From contig SHMX01000001.1 in assembly GCA_008080745.1 (NCBI GenBank), positions 159,359 to 223,358 of the forward strand: a stretch of 64,000 bases of DNA, given 5' to 3'. The position numbers and the translations under genes were made by a program. Numbering within the stretch: the stretch's first letter is position 1; every line of letters starts with the position of its first letter. The notes beneath the pieces are model-generated. The model ran no database searches and had not been told where the DNA came from. It saw only the letters and a program-made list of their open reading frames with translations. Positions 19,881-29,401 of the stretch are shown here, in pieces. Source of the DNA: Candidatus Thorarchaeota archaeon. GTDB taxonomy: Archaea > Asgardarchaeota > Thorarchaeia > Thorarchaeales > Thorarchaeaceae.

Positions 19881-20819
19881 ATGATGTCAGAATACCCAGT
19901 TTTCAAGAAAATTTCACCCCATGTATATCTAATAAGGGGTGAAAACAAATCTAGATTTCCAGAGGCCAATTCAGTTCTAATTGATGATGAAATTCTGACA
20001 CTAGTTGATGCTGGCTCTAATTTATCACATATTGAGCAGACACTCCGAAGCCTTCAGCATCAAATAGAAGATATAGAGCAGATTGTATTGACTCATTTCC
20101 ATATTGATCACAAAGGTTATGCACAGCAGATTTTAGAACGAGCTGATTGTGAGGTCATGTGTCATCCTGCTGGAAAAGAGGCGGTCGAAACATTTGAAGG
20201 AATGATGCGATATTATGGTGTGGAAAACCATCAATATCGGTCATACTGGGAAAATATTTTGGAAGAATGGCTTCCACATGTCAAGAGTAGTTACAAGATA
20301 ACAGACTACTTGAAAGAGGGCAGGGAGATCGACTGTGGTGAAACTAGTCTGGTGCCAATTCATACGCCTGGACACACTCCAGATCATACATGCATCGGTA
20401 TCAATGGTACAGAAACAATTCTCTTAGTTGATATTGATCTCACAAGATTCGGTCCTTGGTATGGAAATAAGGTTAGCGTCATAGATGAATTCAAAGAATC
20501 GGTGCGAAAAGTCATCAATCTACAACCCAAAATAGGTATTAGCAGCCATCTTCTGAATCCAGTTGAGGATGCTCTGCAGGAAAGACTAGAAGAATTCTAC
20601 ACTGTTTTCAATCAACGCGAAAAGAGAATTATCGAGAACATAAAGAACGGACTGGATACTGTAGGGAAACTATCCAAAGCTCCAACAATATACCCAAGAA
20701 TACCTCTTGATCTTTTTTTGATTTTTGAAGAATTTATGGTGCGAAAACATGTAGATCAACTAAAATCTAAAGGTATAATCAGACAGGAAGAAGAAAAACT
20801 AATGATAGAAAGAAAATGA
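19881..20819 (+). CDS. MBL-fold metallo-hydrolase
   Basis: 312 aa; THFHIDHKG (HxHxDH) and downstream HTPGHTPDH metal-binding motifs; GAGGT 5 nt upstream of ATG. Confidence 0.65.
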   Translation: MMSEYPVFKKISPHVYLIRGENKSRFPEANSVLIDDEILTLVDAGSNLSHIEQTLRSLQHQIEDIEQIVLTHFHIDHKGYAQQILERADCEVMCHPAGKEAVETFEGMMRYYGVENHQYRSYWENILEEWLPHVKSSYKITDYLKEGREIDCGETSLVPIHTPGHTPDHTCIGINGTETILLVDIDLTRFGPWYGNKVSVIDEFKESVRKVINLQPKIGISSHLLNPVEDALQERLEEFYTVFNQREKRIIENIKNGLDTVGKLSKAPTIYPRIPLDLFLIFEEFMVRKHVDQLKSKGIIRQEEEKLMIERK

Positions 20820-20845
20820 GAGGCCATGATGGCCTCTTTGTGCGT

Positions 20846-21658
20846 CTATTTGTGTTTGAAAGACGGTTCGCGTTTCGCTAAGAAAGCATCAACACCTTCT
20901 TGTTTGTCTTCAGTGTTAAAGACTGCTGAAAACTGTCTGACTTCGAATTCGAGATTCTTTTCCAAGGTCATTTCAAACGCATTATTGAGAGACTCTTTAG
21001 CAAGTCTAATAGCCACACCAGGTTTTGCTGCGAGATTGGTAGCGAGTTGTTTCGTTCCTTCCATTAGCTCTTCTACGGAAACAAACATTCTATTGATAAG
21101 CCCTATTCTAAGTGCTTCTTCAGCTTTGATTTGATCACCAGTATAGACCAGCTCCTTTGCAATTCCCATTCCAACAATTCTTGGGAGTCTAACGGTTCCA
21201 CCAAAACCAGGAATAATACCCAGATTTATCTCAGGTTGTCCAAAGCGCGCGTTAGTAGAGGCATACCGAATATCACAAGCCATTGCGATTTCACAGCCAC
21301 CACCGAGAGCGAAACCATTCACTGCAGCTATAACGGGTTTACTCATCGATTCAATGAACTTACAGAGATTTTGACCATTCTCCGCAAGTGGCAAAACAGT
21401 ATTGCCATCCTTGTCCTGAAACTCCCCGATATCCGCACCTGCTGCAAATGCCTTCTCACCAGCACCTGTCAAGATTATAACACGTACATCTTGGTCATCT
21501 TCAGCTTTATTGAATGCCTCATGTAGTGATTTAACTACCTCACTATTCAATGCATTGTACTTTTTTGGTCGGTTAATAGTTATTGTTGCTATACTACTAT
21601 CGACACTATAGAGAACTACTTCTTCAGACATGGTATACTCCACTCCGGGATGATGCAA
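20846..21658 (-). CDS. enoyl-CoA hydratase/isomerase (crotonase)
   Basis: 270 aa; AFAAGADIGEF and NGFALGGGCEIAMACDIR crotonase-fold signature. Confidence 0.85.
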   Translation of the reverse strand: MHHPGVEYTMSEEVVLYSVDSSIATITINRPKKYNALNSEVVKSLHEAFNKAEDDQDVRVIILTGAGEKAFAAGADIGEFQDKDGNTVLPLAENGQNLCKFIESMSKPVIAAVNGFALGGGCEIAMACDIRYASTNARFGQPEINLGIIPGFGGTVRLPRIVGMGIAKELVYTGDQIKAEEALRIGLINRMFVSVEELMEGTKQLATNLAAKPGVAIRLAKESLNNAFEMTLEKNLEFEVRQFSAVFNTEDKQEGVDAFLAKREPSFKHK

Positions 21659-21717
21659 AAAATCGGGGGGAGCTTGGTAATAAGGCTTCGGAGGAAGGAA
21701 AAATCATATTTTAGAGA

Positions 21718-22125
21718 TTGAAATCAGAACAACGAATCTTTATCAATCAGATTCATACTAATTATACTAATTCGCTGAGGGACCGGCGAACGAACGGGGA
21801 CCTAAACTTGATAGAAGAGAAGGTTAGTTATGTATGTAAAGAGTCGCTTATTGCGATGAAAAGTTCACTGCAAAATTCCTATGCCTTTGACATGGCAATT
21901 TTTGATCAGAGAGAGTTTCTAAAAATTTGGACGTATCATTCTAACGATGGTAGAAGACGTCTGAAGGACATTATCGATGTTATTGATGTTGCTCTGCAAA
22001 AACTGAACTATTGCGACAGTAAAAAAGCCTCGAGAATTTACCTAGACACGCTAAAGGGTGTAGCTCTTGTGCAAAAATGGACAAGGATTCTGGAAAAAGC
22101 ATCTCTTACCACTTCAAAGAATTAG
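21718..22125 (+). CDS. hypothetical protein, paralog A of a tandem pair
   Basis: 135 aa; shares KESLIAMKSSLQNSY and ASRIYLDTLKGVALVQKWTRILE with the downstream paralog. Confidence 0.45.
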   Translation: MKSEQRIFINQIHTNYTNSLRDRRTNGDLNLIEEKVSYVCKESLIAMKSSLQNSYAFDMAIFDQREFLKIWTYHSNDGRRRLKDIIDVIDVALQKLNYCDSKKASRIYLDTLKGVALVQKWTRILEKASLTTSKN

Positions 22126-22255
22126 AAAATATACCAAATAACGAGATAATCAGTGGTTTGATGTCTGTTTTTGTACATCAACGTAGATATAGTGAGGATT
22201 TAAGTAGTAGAAATACTACGAACAAAATGTATTCGAACACATTAGAGGGGTCAAA

Positions 22256-22633
22256 GTGGAACTAGCTGACAAACGCCATGTCTGGAAGGATTCACTCTTA
22301 GCAATGAAAAATTCCTTGATGACAACATACGAAATGATCACATCGATAGAAGAGGAACGCTCCCTGATTCGTGCCCTCACTGGAAATGGATATGACTACA
22401 TTAAATTTTCAGGATATCGAAGAAATGAAGGGTTCAGAAGATATACTGATGTTGCAGAGATTATTGATAATGCAATAATGGAAATTGAAGCAAGCACACT
22501 CCAACAAGCATCAATGATTTATCTTCGTACACTTCGCTCAGTGGCTCTACTTTCTAAATGGGCAAAAGTTCTAGAAGAGAGTTCAAATGGTTTTGATTTT
22601 CTACAAGCAGACTTTAGCACATATCAAAGATAA
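22256..22633 (+). CDS. hypothetical protein, paralog B of a tandem pair
   Basis: 125 aa; KDSLLAMKNSLMTTY and ASMIYLRTLRSVALLSKWAKVLE align with paralog A. Confidence 0.5.
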   Translation: MELADKRHVWKDSLLAMKNSLMTTYEMITSIEEERSLIRALTGNGYDYIKFSGYRRNEGFRRYTDVAEIIDNAIMEIEASTLQQASMIYLRTLRSVALLSKWAKVLEESSNGFDFLQADFSTYQR

Positions 22634-22740
22634 ACGAATTAACTATTTCCAGCAACTCCACCGAAGGACTTCTTTTTACAGAGTCTAAAAATTAGATTGA
22701 GTTATAAAAAATGTAGAGGGAGGGCAGGTGCCCTCTTAAA

Positions 22741-23175
22741 CTATACAAGCCACTTGTAAGTAATCTTCTTTGCGTCAATCTTGTCGAAGGCTAGTTTCAG
22801 ATTCATACCGACTTCAGGCATACTCATCAAGTTTGTAATATGGGCTGTTAGGCGAAGCCCTGAGGGAAACTCACCAATAGCCACAACATAAGGGGCCTTT
22901 GATGAAAGGGTCTCAGGGGCAAAGTCCACAATAACATAACTATAGAGCTTTGCCTCTTTTTCGGTATGTTCTTCCAGTTCACATTTGGATAGGTCCTTCT
23001 GGCAGTATTCACGAGGGGGAAGATACTCTGTACCACACTTAGTACACTTGCTCTTCATGAGTTTCTCCTGTTCCAAGGCCTCCAAAAAGTCTTGGAAAAA
23101 GGGAGTAATTGCCTTGTCAGTAGTATATCCCAAATAGAGTTCTTTCTCTTCACTCATTTTACCAACCTCTCTCAA
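22741..23175 (-). CDS. DUF35-type OB-fold/zinc-ribbon protein (thiolase-associated)
   Basis: 144 aa; rubredoxin-like CTKCGTEY...C...C ribbon followed by OB-fold-like region; overlaps the thiolase gene stop by 17 nt. Confidence 0.65.
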   Translation of the reverse strand: MREVGKMSEEKELYLGYTTDKAITPFFQDFLEALEQEKLMKSKCTKCGTEYLPPREYCQKDLSKCELEEHTEKEAKLYSYVIVDFAPETLSSKAPYVVAIGEFPSGLRLTAHITNLMSMPEVGMNLKLAFDKIDAKKITYKWLV

Positions 23176-24325
23176 AGATGAATACGTTCACAAATTGTCC
23201 TGACTGACCTACATTATGTGCCAGACCAAGCTTTACATCCTCTATTTGACGTGACTGATTCTCAGCCTCACCGCGCATCTGCTTCATAATCTCATAGGTC
23301 ATAGATACGCCCGTAGCACCTAGGGGGTGACCCTTACTCTTGAGACCTCCATCACAGTTTACAGGAATGCGACCAGTGTGATAGTTCTCCTTGTTCTCAA
23401 CTATCTCTCTGCCTTTTCCTGGTTCTGCAAAACCGAGGTCCTCATATGCAATGAGTTCCGCAATTGTGAAACAGTCGTGTACTTGAGCCATATCGATATC
23501 ATCTGGACCCACCCCAGCCATTTCATAAGCTGCTTTTGCAGCATGTTTTGCACCAGGAATCGAAGTGAGTGACTCACGATCTTGGATTTTCATGGATGAA
23601 GCACCAGCTCCAATTCCTTTGATCCACATTGGACGATCTGTAAATTCGTTCACACGATCTTCAGCAGCAATCACAACTGCTGCTGCTCCATCAGTGATAA
23701 GACTACAATCATATAGATTCAATGGTCTACAGATAGGAATTGCATTATTTGCTTCCTCAAAAGACACCTCTCTTGGTAGATGTGCCTTTGGATTTTGAGC
23801 ACCATAGTGATGGGATTTCACTGCAATCTTAGCTAAAACATCATGAGGCATATCATATTCATGCATATACCTTGATGCCATAAGAGCATAAAAAGCAGGG
23901 AAAGAGATACCGTAGGGATACTCCCACCGCATATCACCCGCTTGTGACATATATTCTGTAGCTGTAGCAGATGAAACACGATTCATCTGTTCTACACCTA
24001 GTACTAACATAACATCATAGAGACCAGCAGCAACCATTCCCCAAGCAGCTCTCAACGAAGCAGTTCCCGTGGTACATGCAGACTCAACCCGTAGATGGGG
24101 CTTATCGTAAAGACCGATATAGTCTGCAATTAGAGCTGAACCAGCTCCTTGACCTGTGAACTGTGATGCTGCGTATGATAGAACAGTGGCATCAATCTTG
24201 TCTTGAGTAATGCCTTCATCGTATATTGGCTTGTATGCCTCTGCAGAGAGTTCTCTCATTGTAGCATCGTAACGTTTTCCGAACTTGGAATGGCCTCCGG
24301 CCACAACTGCAACCTTTCTTGCCAT
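23159..24325 (-). CDS. thiolase-family protein (acetyl-CoA C-acyltransferase-like)
   Basis: MARKVAVVAGG start with GGAGG 8 nt upstream (ORF track starts 10 codons earlier); internal ACTTGTAS and C-terminal catalytic-region motifs of the thiolase fold. Confidence 0.8.
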   Translation of the reverse strand: MARKVAVVAGGHSKFGKRYDATMRELSAEAYKPIYDEGITQDKIDATVLSYAASQFTGQGAGSALIADYIGLYDKPHLRVESACTTGTASLRAAWGMVAAGLYDVMLVLGVEQMNRVSSATATEYMSQAGDMRWEYPYGISFPAFYALMASRYMHEYDMPHDVLAKIAVKSHHYGAQNPKAHLPREVSFEEANNAIPICRPLNLYDCSLITDGAAAVVIAAEDRVNEFTDRPMWIKGIGAGASSMKIQDRESLTSIPGAKHAAKAAYEMAGVGPDDIDMAQVHDCFTIAELIAYEDLGFAEPGKGREIVENKENYHTGRIPVNCDGGLKSKGHPLGATGVSMTYEIMKQMRGEAENQSRQIEDVKLGLAHNVGQSGQFVNVFIFERGW

Positions 24326-24515
24326 GTGATTTCCTCCGGATAATCCTGGAGTCAATTCTTCCAGTTTCCGAATTATATGATAATTTATGTTCCATTTGCA
24401 GTCCTAGTCTTAAGGTTGACGTTTCAGCAAAAATTCAAACAAATATCACATTATCTATAGTTATGCTCTGGAAAAAGAGAAAAGGAATGACTACCAGAGT
24501 AACAGAGGTGTTAGC

Positions 24516-24824
24516 ATGGTCAAACATCCAAAATATCAAGCCATGGACGAAGCAAGACAGATAGCCATTCCAAAGGCATTTGAGAAATTCTGCCCAGATG
24601 ATTTCGTACTAGATGTAATCGAACCAAAGAGTGATTCGCGTCCTGGACCGATACCAAGACCTACTTTTAGGGTATTCAGTCCCCAAGAAGTTCTCCTTGC
24701 GCATTTCCACCCTAATGGTTATTCAGAGTGTCATGATGTTTCTTTTCAAGAAATATACGAGAAAATGAAAGTAATGATTGAAGAAGCTGCAAAAAGAGGA
24801 TATGAGGAATTTCAGGGGCTCTAA
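24516..24824 (+). CDS. hypothetical small protein
   Basis: 102-aa ORF; GAGGTG 8 nt upstream of the ATG; followed by a terminator hairpin. Confidence 0.4.
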   Translation: MVKHPKYQAMDEARQIAIPKAFEKFCPDDFVLDVIEPKSDSRPGPIPRPTFRVFSPQEVLLAHFHPNGYSECHDVSFQEIYEKMKVMIEEAAKRGYEEFQGL

Positions 24825-24835
24825 AAAACAGAATT

Positions 24836-24855
24836 GACCCCGGAGTTCCGGGGTC
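24836..24855. terminator. hairpin (9-bp stem, 2-nt loop) between convergent genes, with T-tract on the minus-strand side
   Basis: gaccccgga-gt-tccggggtc; on the minus strand it is followed by tgttttttag, directly after the crotonase gene stop at 24868. Confidence 0.5.
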
Positions 24856-24867
24856 ATCATTGAATCA

Positions 24868-25680
24868 CTATTCTCCTACGAATTTTCCACGACGCTTCTC
24901 AAAGACTGCAGAAATACCTTCTGCTAGGTCTTTTGTTCCAAAGCATTCAACAGCAGCTTCAACCTCAAATTCGAGATTATCGTCGTAGTCATCCTCGAAA
25001 GCCATGTGAGTAGCTTTCTTTGCAAGCTTCAAAGCTATAGGTGCGTTTCCTCCAAGTTTGGCGCCGTACCACAATGCTTGACTCATGAGCTCGTCAACAG
25101 ATGTAACTTTGCTAACAAGTCCAATATCAAGTGCTTCTTGTGCGGTAATCTGCCCACCTGTAAGAATTAGCTCCATTGCCTTCCCAAGCCCAATGATTCT
25201 TGGTAGTCTGACACAACCACCCCAAGCGGGGATAAGTCCCAGACTGACTTCAGGGGTACCAATTTTTGCCTCATCATCTGCAATACGAATATCGCAAGCA
25301 AGGGCAATCTCTGTACCACCTCCAAGACAGAGGCCATGAATTGCTGCAATGACTGGTTTACTGAGGGTCGCAATCTTGTCAATAGCCTTCTGGCCTTGAG
25401 CAACAAGATCCTTAACTTCATCAGGCTTTCCAATCAGGCCTTGAGCCATCTTCAAATCCGCACCAGTACAAAATACTTTGTCATGTGCGGAAGCAAGAAC
25501 CACTGCACGAACTTCAGAGTCGTTCTCTGCCTCTTCCAAAGCGGCAACAAGATCCGTGATAAACTGGTCGTTAATGCTGTTCAGTGCGTCCACTCGATTG
25601 AACTTGATCACAGCTACATTCTTTGAAGTAGAAAGGAATGAGCCTTCCTTACTGTATAACATTGTCTCATATTCTGGCAT
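24868..25680 (-). CDS. enoyl-CoA hydratase/isomerase (crotonase), second copy
   Basis: VFCTGADLK and HGLCLGGGTEIALACDIR motifs; start placed at MPEYETM (GAGG about 9 nt upstream) because the first 45 codons of the ORF-track reading look non-coding. Confidence 0.8.
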   Translation of the reverse strand: MPEYETMLYSKEGSFLSTSKNVAVIKFNRVDALNSINDQFITDLVAALEEAENDSEVRAVVLASAHDKVFCTGADLKMAQGLIGKPDEVKDLVAQGQKAIDKIATLSKPVIAAIHGLCLGGGTEIALACDIRIADDEAKIGTPEVSLGLIPAWGGCVRLPRIIGLGKAMELILTGGQITAQEALDIGLVSKVTSVDELMSQALWYGAKLGGNAPIALKLAKKATHMAFEDDYDDNLEFEVEAAVECFGTKDLAEGISAVFEKRRGKFVGE

Positions 25681-25786
25681 TGATGTCATCCTCAAGAGAC
25701 TATGACTAGCCAGTGGAGATGCCACCTTAAAAACCCAATCTATGGTAAGAAAAATATTGGAAAATAAAAAGAAAAATAGAGAAAGA

Positions 25787-25802
25787 GGGCTCTGTTGAGC
25801 CC
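25787..25802 (-). terminator. hairpin plus T-rich tract downstream of the V4R-like gene
   Basis: gggctc-tgtt-gagccc; on the minus strand it is followed by a long T-rich run (complement of aaaataaaaagaaaaatagagaaaga). Confidence 0.45.
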
Positions 25803-25817
25803 AATTCCCAAAGCACA

Positions 25818-26384
25818 TTACCAATCAGTAATGTGTAGGTTGAAGAAGTGGTGCTTCTTCTCGACATGATGGTCTGCTGTGTTAATGTGTAGGTGTTTAC
25901 CATATTTCTCTTCTACAAGAGCATATAGTACAGCAATCCACGGGCATAGTGGGATATCACCTTCGTGATGTCGCTTGTTTATTTCGCAGGCTTCAGAAAA
26001 TACACATCCACCCATCTCGACATCGATTTCCTCATCGTCAACTCGATGTATCTCTATGTGTGCAGCCAGTTTGTTTTTCTCAACAGCTTCAGCCCAATTT
26101 TCAACAAGCTCTTTCATATCAGCAGCCTGTTCAATTTTGGTTAGATCTAATCCATCGCGTGTCAAAAGATCACGGCATTCGCCTTCGAATGACCGTGCCA
26201 TTCCCGCAAACATGAGATCTGGGCTAACACCAAGGTCAACCATTGCGTCCATCATTGCTGCAAACAAAAAGTTTGAAGTGTCTTTTAGATGTTGAAAGTC
26301 CATTGTTATTTTGTCCCCTAGACGTTCGTTAGGCGTAATGTATGCACTAGTTCTCAATAGTACATTCACAACCGAACGGTCCAA
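25818..26384 (-). CDS. hypothetical protein, possibly V4R-domain (hydrocarbon-binding-like)
   Basis: 188 aa; C-terminal GGCVFSEACEI...LCPWIAVLYALVEE cysteine pattern resembles V4R domains; the true start may be the internal MDFQHL. Confidence 0.35.
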   Translation of the reverse strand: MDRSVVNVLLRTSAYITPNERLGDKITMDFQHLKDTSNFLFAAMMDAMVDLGVSPDLMFAGMARSFEGECRDLLTRDGLDLTKIEQAADMKELVENWAEAVEKNKLAAHIEIHRVDDEEIDVEMGGCVFSEACEINKRHHEGDIPLCPWIAVLYALVEEKYGKHLHINTADHHVEKKHHFFNLHITDW

Positions 26385-26470
26385 GGTTTATTGTTTCGTT
26401 TTGATTAATATACATATGTTGTTTAGATTTAGGAAGATTATTACGAGTTATGAACAGAAAAAGAAGAAAA

Positions 26471-26490
26471 ATGCAGGATTTATCCTGCAT
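26471..26490 (-). terminator. hairpin plus oligo-T terminator downstream of the 3-hydroxyacyl-CoA dehydrogenase gene
   Basis: atgcagga-ttta-tcctgcat (8-bp stem); on the minus strand it is followed by tttttcttcttttt. Confidence 0.5.
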
Positions 26491-26499
26491 TCTGTTTGC

Positions 26500-27645
26500 T
26501 TATTGAAGCATCTTAGGGATACTATAGCATTCTCCATGTTTTTCATGGAGTTTTTCCATCTCAGCCTTGACTGTATCCATCCCCATCTTCTCGGCCATCT
26601 CAAAAGGACCGATAGGGAAACTTGCACCGAGTTTCATTGCTTGATCGATGTCATCCTTCTCAGCAATGCCTTCATCAACGAGAAGCATGGCCTCACGGAT
26701 CACTGGGATGGTTATTCGAGTGACAAGCCAATCGGCATCTACGCCTTTAGGTGGCTCAGGCTCCTCAGCTTTACCTCCATAATTATAGAAGCCCTGCTTG
26801 GACTTGGTACCGATATGCCCCTCTTCAACCAATTTCTCAAGAGTTTCTGGTGGCTTGAAGCAATCGCCTAATTCACGATAGAGCGTACTCATCGCATTGT
26901 AGGCAATATCAAGTCCAACAAAGTCTCCTAAAGCAAAGGGTCCTGCTGGAAACTTGGCCTTCGAAGTCATTGCTGTATCAATCTCTTCTTTGGTGGCAAC
27001 ACCCTCCTCATAGAGAAGGATAGCTTCACGAAGAACAGGCATAAGAATTCGGTTAACGATGAATCCGGGGCTATCTTTAGCCTTGATTGGGACCTTTTCC
27101 TGTTTCTCTCCAACCTTCATGGCCGCCTCAATGGTTTCATCACTAGTCTTTTCGCCAATGACAATCTCGATGAGCTTCATTGCGGCAACGGGAGAGAAGT
27201 AGTGCATACCAATGAACTTCTCAGGGCGCTCAGTTGCTGAGGCAAGTTCATCAATACTGAGAGAAGAGGTGTTGGTAGCGAGGATGGTATGTTCTGGAGC
27301 TGCCTTATCTACAGTTCCAAAGACCTTCTTCTTGACCTCCATATTCTCAAAGATGGCTTCAATAACTAGATCTGCATCTTTGACTGCCTCCTCCATATCA
27401 GTAGTAGACTTGAGTCGACCCATCAACTCTTGAGCTGCGGATAGACTAATCTTGCCTTTGTCAATACCAGTCATGACATCGGTTCTGATACGTTCCATTC
27501 CAGCATCCAGCGCCTCTTGGTTAATATCAACAAGTGTGACCTCATATCCATTCCATGCAGATACATATGCAATACCAGAACCCATCAATCCAGCACCGAT
27601 GACTGTGATCTTTTTGATATCCAAAGAGACCACCTCACATTGCAC
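26500..27645 (-). CDS. 3-hydroxyacyl-CoA dehydrogenase (NAD-binding)
   Basis: 381 aa; KKITVIGAGLMGSGIA Rossmann motif and duplicated C-terminal helical dimerisation domains typical of the HADH family. Confidence 0.8.
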   Translation of the reverse strand: MQCEVVSLDIKKITVIGAGLMGSGIAYVSAWNGYEVTLVDINQEALDAGMERIRTDVMTGIDKGKISLSAAQELMGRLKSTTDMEEAVKDADLVIEAIFENMEVKKKVFGTVDKAAPEHTILATNTSSLSIDELASATERPEKFIGMHYFSPVAAMKLIEIVIGEKTSDETIEAAMKVGEKQEKVPIKAKDSPGFIVNRILMPVLREAILLYEEGVATKEEIDTAMTSKAKFPAGPFALGDFVGLDIAYNAMSTLYRELGDCFKPPETLEKLVEEGHIGTKSKQGFYNYGGKAEEPEPPKGVDADWLVTRITIPVIREAMLLVDEGIAEKDDIDQAMKLGASFPIGPFEMAEKMGMDTVKAEMEKLHEKHGECYSIPKMLQ

Positions 27646-28018
27646 CCATAAGAGCCTGTAAGATGAGGTTTGCTAATGGATCACTTTCATGAGCATTACC
27701 AATGACCTCAAGTCTTCCGTCCTTCATGGTGTCTTTAAATTTGACATCTCCAGTGAAGATTCCCAGAAGTACATCAGCTTTAGCTTTGTAGATGACATCA
27801 GGGCTTGGATAGGTACCTTCATGCATCGTCATACCATCATGAGTGATAACAATATACTGGTCTCCATCTTCGGTATGTACCTGCAGGATTTTTCCATCAT
27901 AAGGCCCAATCCAATCGCTAACAAACTTCTTGATATCATCCTTCTCATTGACCTTTGATTGCAAGAACTTGAAGAACTCTTGTAATTGACTCAATTTCAG
28001 TCCTCCTTCTTTAGCCAT
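27635..28018 (-). CDS. SCP2 (sterol carrier protein-like) domain protein
   Basis: 127 aa; ADVLLGIFTGDVKFKDTMKDGRLEVIGNAH resembles the SCP2 lipid-binding fold C-terminus. Confidence 0.55.
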   Translation of the reverse strand: MAKEGGLKLSQLQEFFKFLQSKVNEKDDIKKFVSDWIGPYDGKILQVHTEDGDQYIVITHDGMTMHEGTYPSPDVIYKAKADVLLGIFTGDVKFKDTMKDGRLEVIGNAHESDPLANLILQALMGAM

Positions 28019-28269
28019 TCATCAATGGCTTCGTGTATGGCATCATCAACGGAGCTTGCCCAGATGTTACCCTTTCTTTCTTTCACCTTAGCTAGGAATT
28101 TGTCGTATTTCTCTCCATCCATGAGAACAACCACTCTTCCCTTTCTATCATTAATGAAGGCCTGATGAGCCATCTTTTTGGATGTCCAATACTCGTGCTC
28201 AATATCGCCTTCTTTCAAGCGGGGATAGAAGGGCCATTCTCCACTTGGATGATCTCTGTACTTAGCCAT
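27997..28269 (-). CDS. hypothetical small protein
   Basis: 90-aa ORF immediately downstream of the RHH-like small gene. Confidence 0.4.
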   Translation of the reverse strand: MAKYRDHPSGEWPFYPRLKEGDIEHEYWTSKKMAHQAFINDRKGRVVVLMDGEKYDKFLAKVKERKGNIWASSVDDAIHEAIDEWLKKED

Positions 28270-28270
28270 T

Positions 28271-28528
28271 CTACTCTAACCTCCATTTCTTTACCATATC
28301 ACCTGGCGCTTCAATGAAGCCAGGTTTAAATGGCCATTGCACAACATAGCGGAATCCCTTAACACCATCAACCTCACCACCGGACCAACGTCCTGTGTAA
28401 ACCCTAGAACCAGTATTGTTGGCCCATTGATGCATAACAACCTCAATCAAACCCTCAGTAGAGAGATTAGCTTCTTCTGCAAGTTCTTTGAGTTTAGCCT
28501 CGGTTTCTTTGTCAAATGAAACATCCAT
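28271..28528 (-). CDS. small protein with N-terminal ribbon-helix-helix-like segment
   Basis: 85 aa; DVSFDKETEAKLKELAEEANLSTEGLIEVVMHQW fits the strand-helix-helix pattern of RHH (CopG/Arc) domains. Confidence 0.4.
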   Translation of the reverse strand: MDVSFDKETEAKLKELAEEANLSTEGLIEVVMHQWANNTGSRVYTGRWSGGEVDGVKGFRYVVQWPFKPGFIEAPGDMVKKWRLE

Positions 28529-28529
28529 T

Positions 28530-29303
28530 CTACTTTTCCTCCTTCTTGAAAGCTATTCGCTTGTAGGGGTTACCCCATCGCTCCTCATACATCAATCCTT
28601 CAAGAGGAACTCTGCTAGGTCCAAGAGCTCGTGCTGAAATCCTCTCGCCAATACAGAATGCTGTGAGAGGTGTCCAAATAGGTGGAATACCCAGTCGGTC
28701 ACGAATCAGCTCCGCATGTCTTGGGTCTGAACAGACCAATGCCTCATATCCACAGCCATACCCAAGATCAGTGGCAACAAGCCACATGTTCTGGATAGCC
28801 ATTCCCGCTACAACGGAACCAAATAGTTCATTGGGGTAGAGGTAGCCTGCATCATGCCAAGAGTCGCTTGCACAAACAATGATTACAGCATCACTCTTCT
28901 CAGGATATCTGAAGAGTTCACCATCACGCATTCTTGCATACACTGCGGCACGATAGGGGTCGGCAATAAACCAGTTTCTCCCTGATGTCAGTTCAAAAGG
29001 GGCCCCACCAAAAGCGGTCTCAGCCATCTCTTGAGCAATATCAGCAAGAAACTCCTTAGTTTCCTGATCATCACGAATAACCACAAAACGAATCATAAGC
29101 ATGTTTTCAGGACTTGGAGCATGCCGAGCAGCTTCAAGTATTAGTTCAATATGTTCATCCGGTATTTTGTTACCAGTAAATTCTCGGATTGAGCGTCTTG
29201 CTCGAACGAGTTCGATTGCGCGTAAATTCAACGCGGTCTTCGAATCCTCCTGAGCCTCGCCGCCGGAATCCGATTTGGTCTTAGCAGCACTGCCAGCCAT
29301 CAC
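28530..29303 (-). CDS. nitroreductase-family (FMN-dependent) protein
   Basis: 257 aa; RRSIREFTGNKIPDEHIELILEAARHAPSPENM is the classic nitroreductase N-terminal signature. Confidence 0.7.
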   Translation of the reverse strand: MMAGSAAKTKSDSGGEAQEDSKTALNLRAIELVRARRSIREFTGNKIPDEHIELILEAARHAPSPENMLMIRFVVIRDDQETKEFLADIAQEMAETAFGGAPFELTSGRNWFIADPYRAAVYARMRDGELFRYPEKSDAVIIVCASDSWHDAGYLYPNELFGSVVAGMAIQNMWLVATDLGYGCGYEALVCSDPRHAELIRDRLGIPPIWTPLTAFCIGERISARALGPSRVPLEGLMYEERWGNPYKRIAFKKEEK

Positions 29304-29401
29304 TTAACCTCTTTATTATATGAATAATATGTCCAGTCAGAAAACTAGCATAAATCCTTTCCGAGAGAAAGAGGGGCCCCTTATAAAGAGGCCAGAAGAT
29401 A

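Noticed and set aside
24319-24564. 81-aa ORF spanning the thiolase start region
   Set aside because: Runs through the thiolase ribosome-binding site and start in another frame; no motif and odd composition
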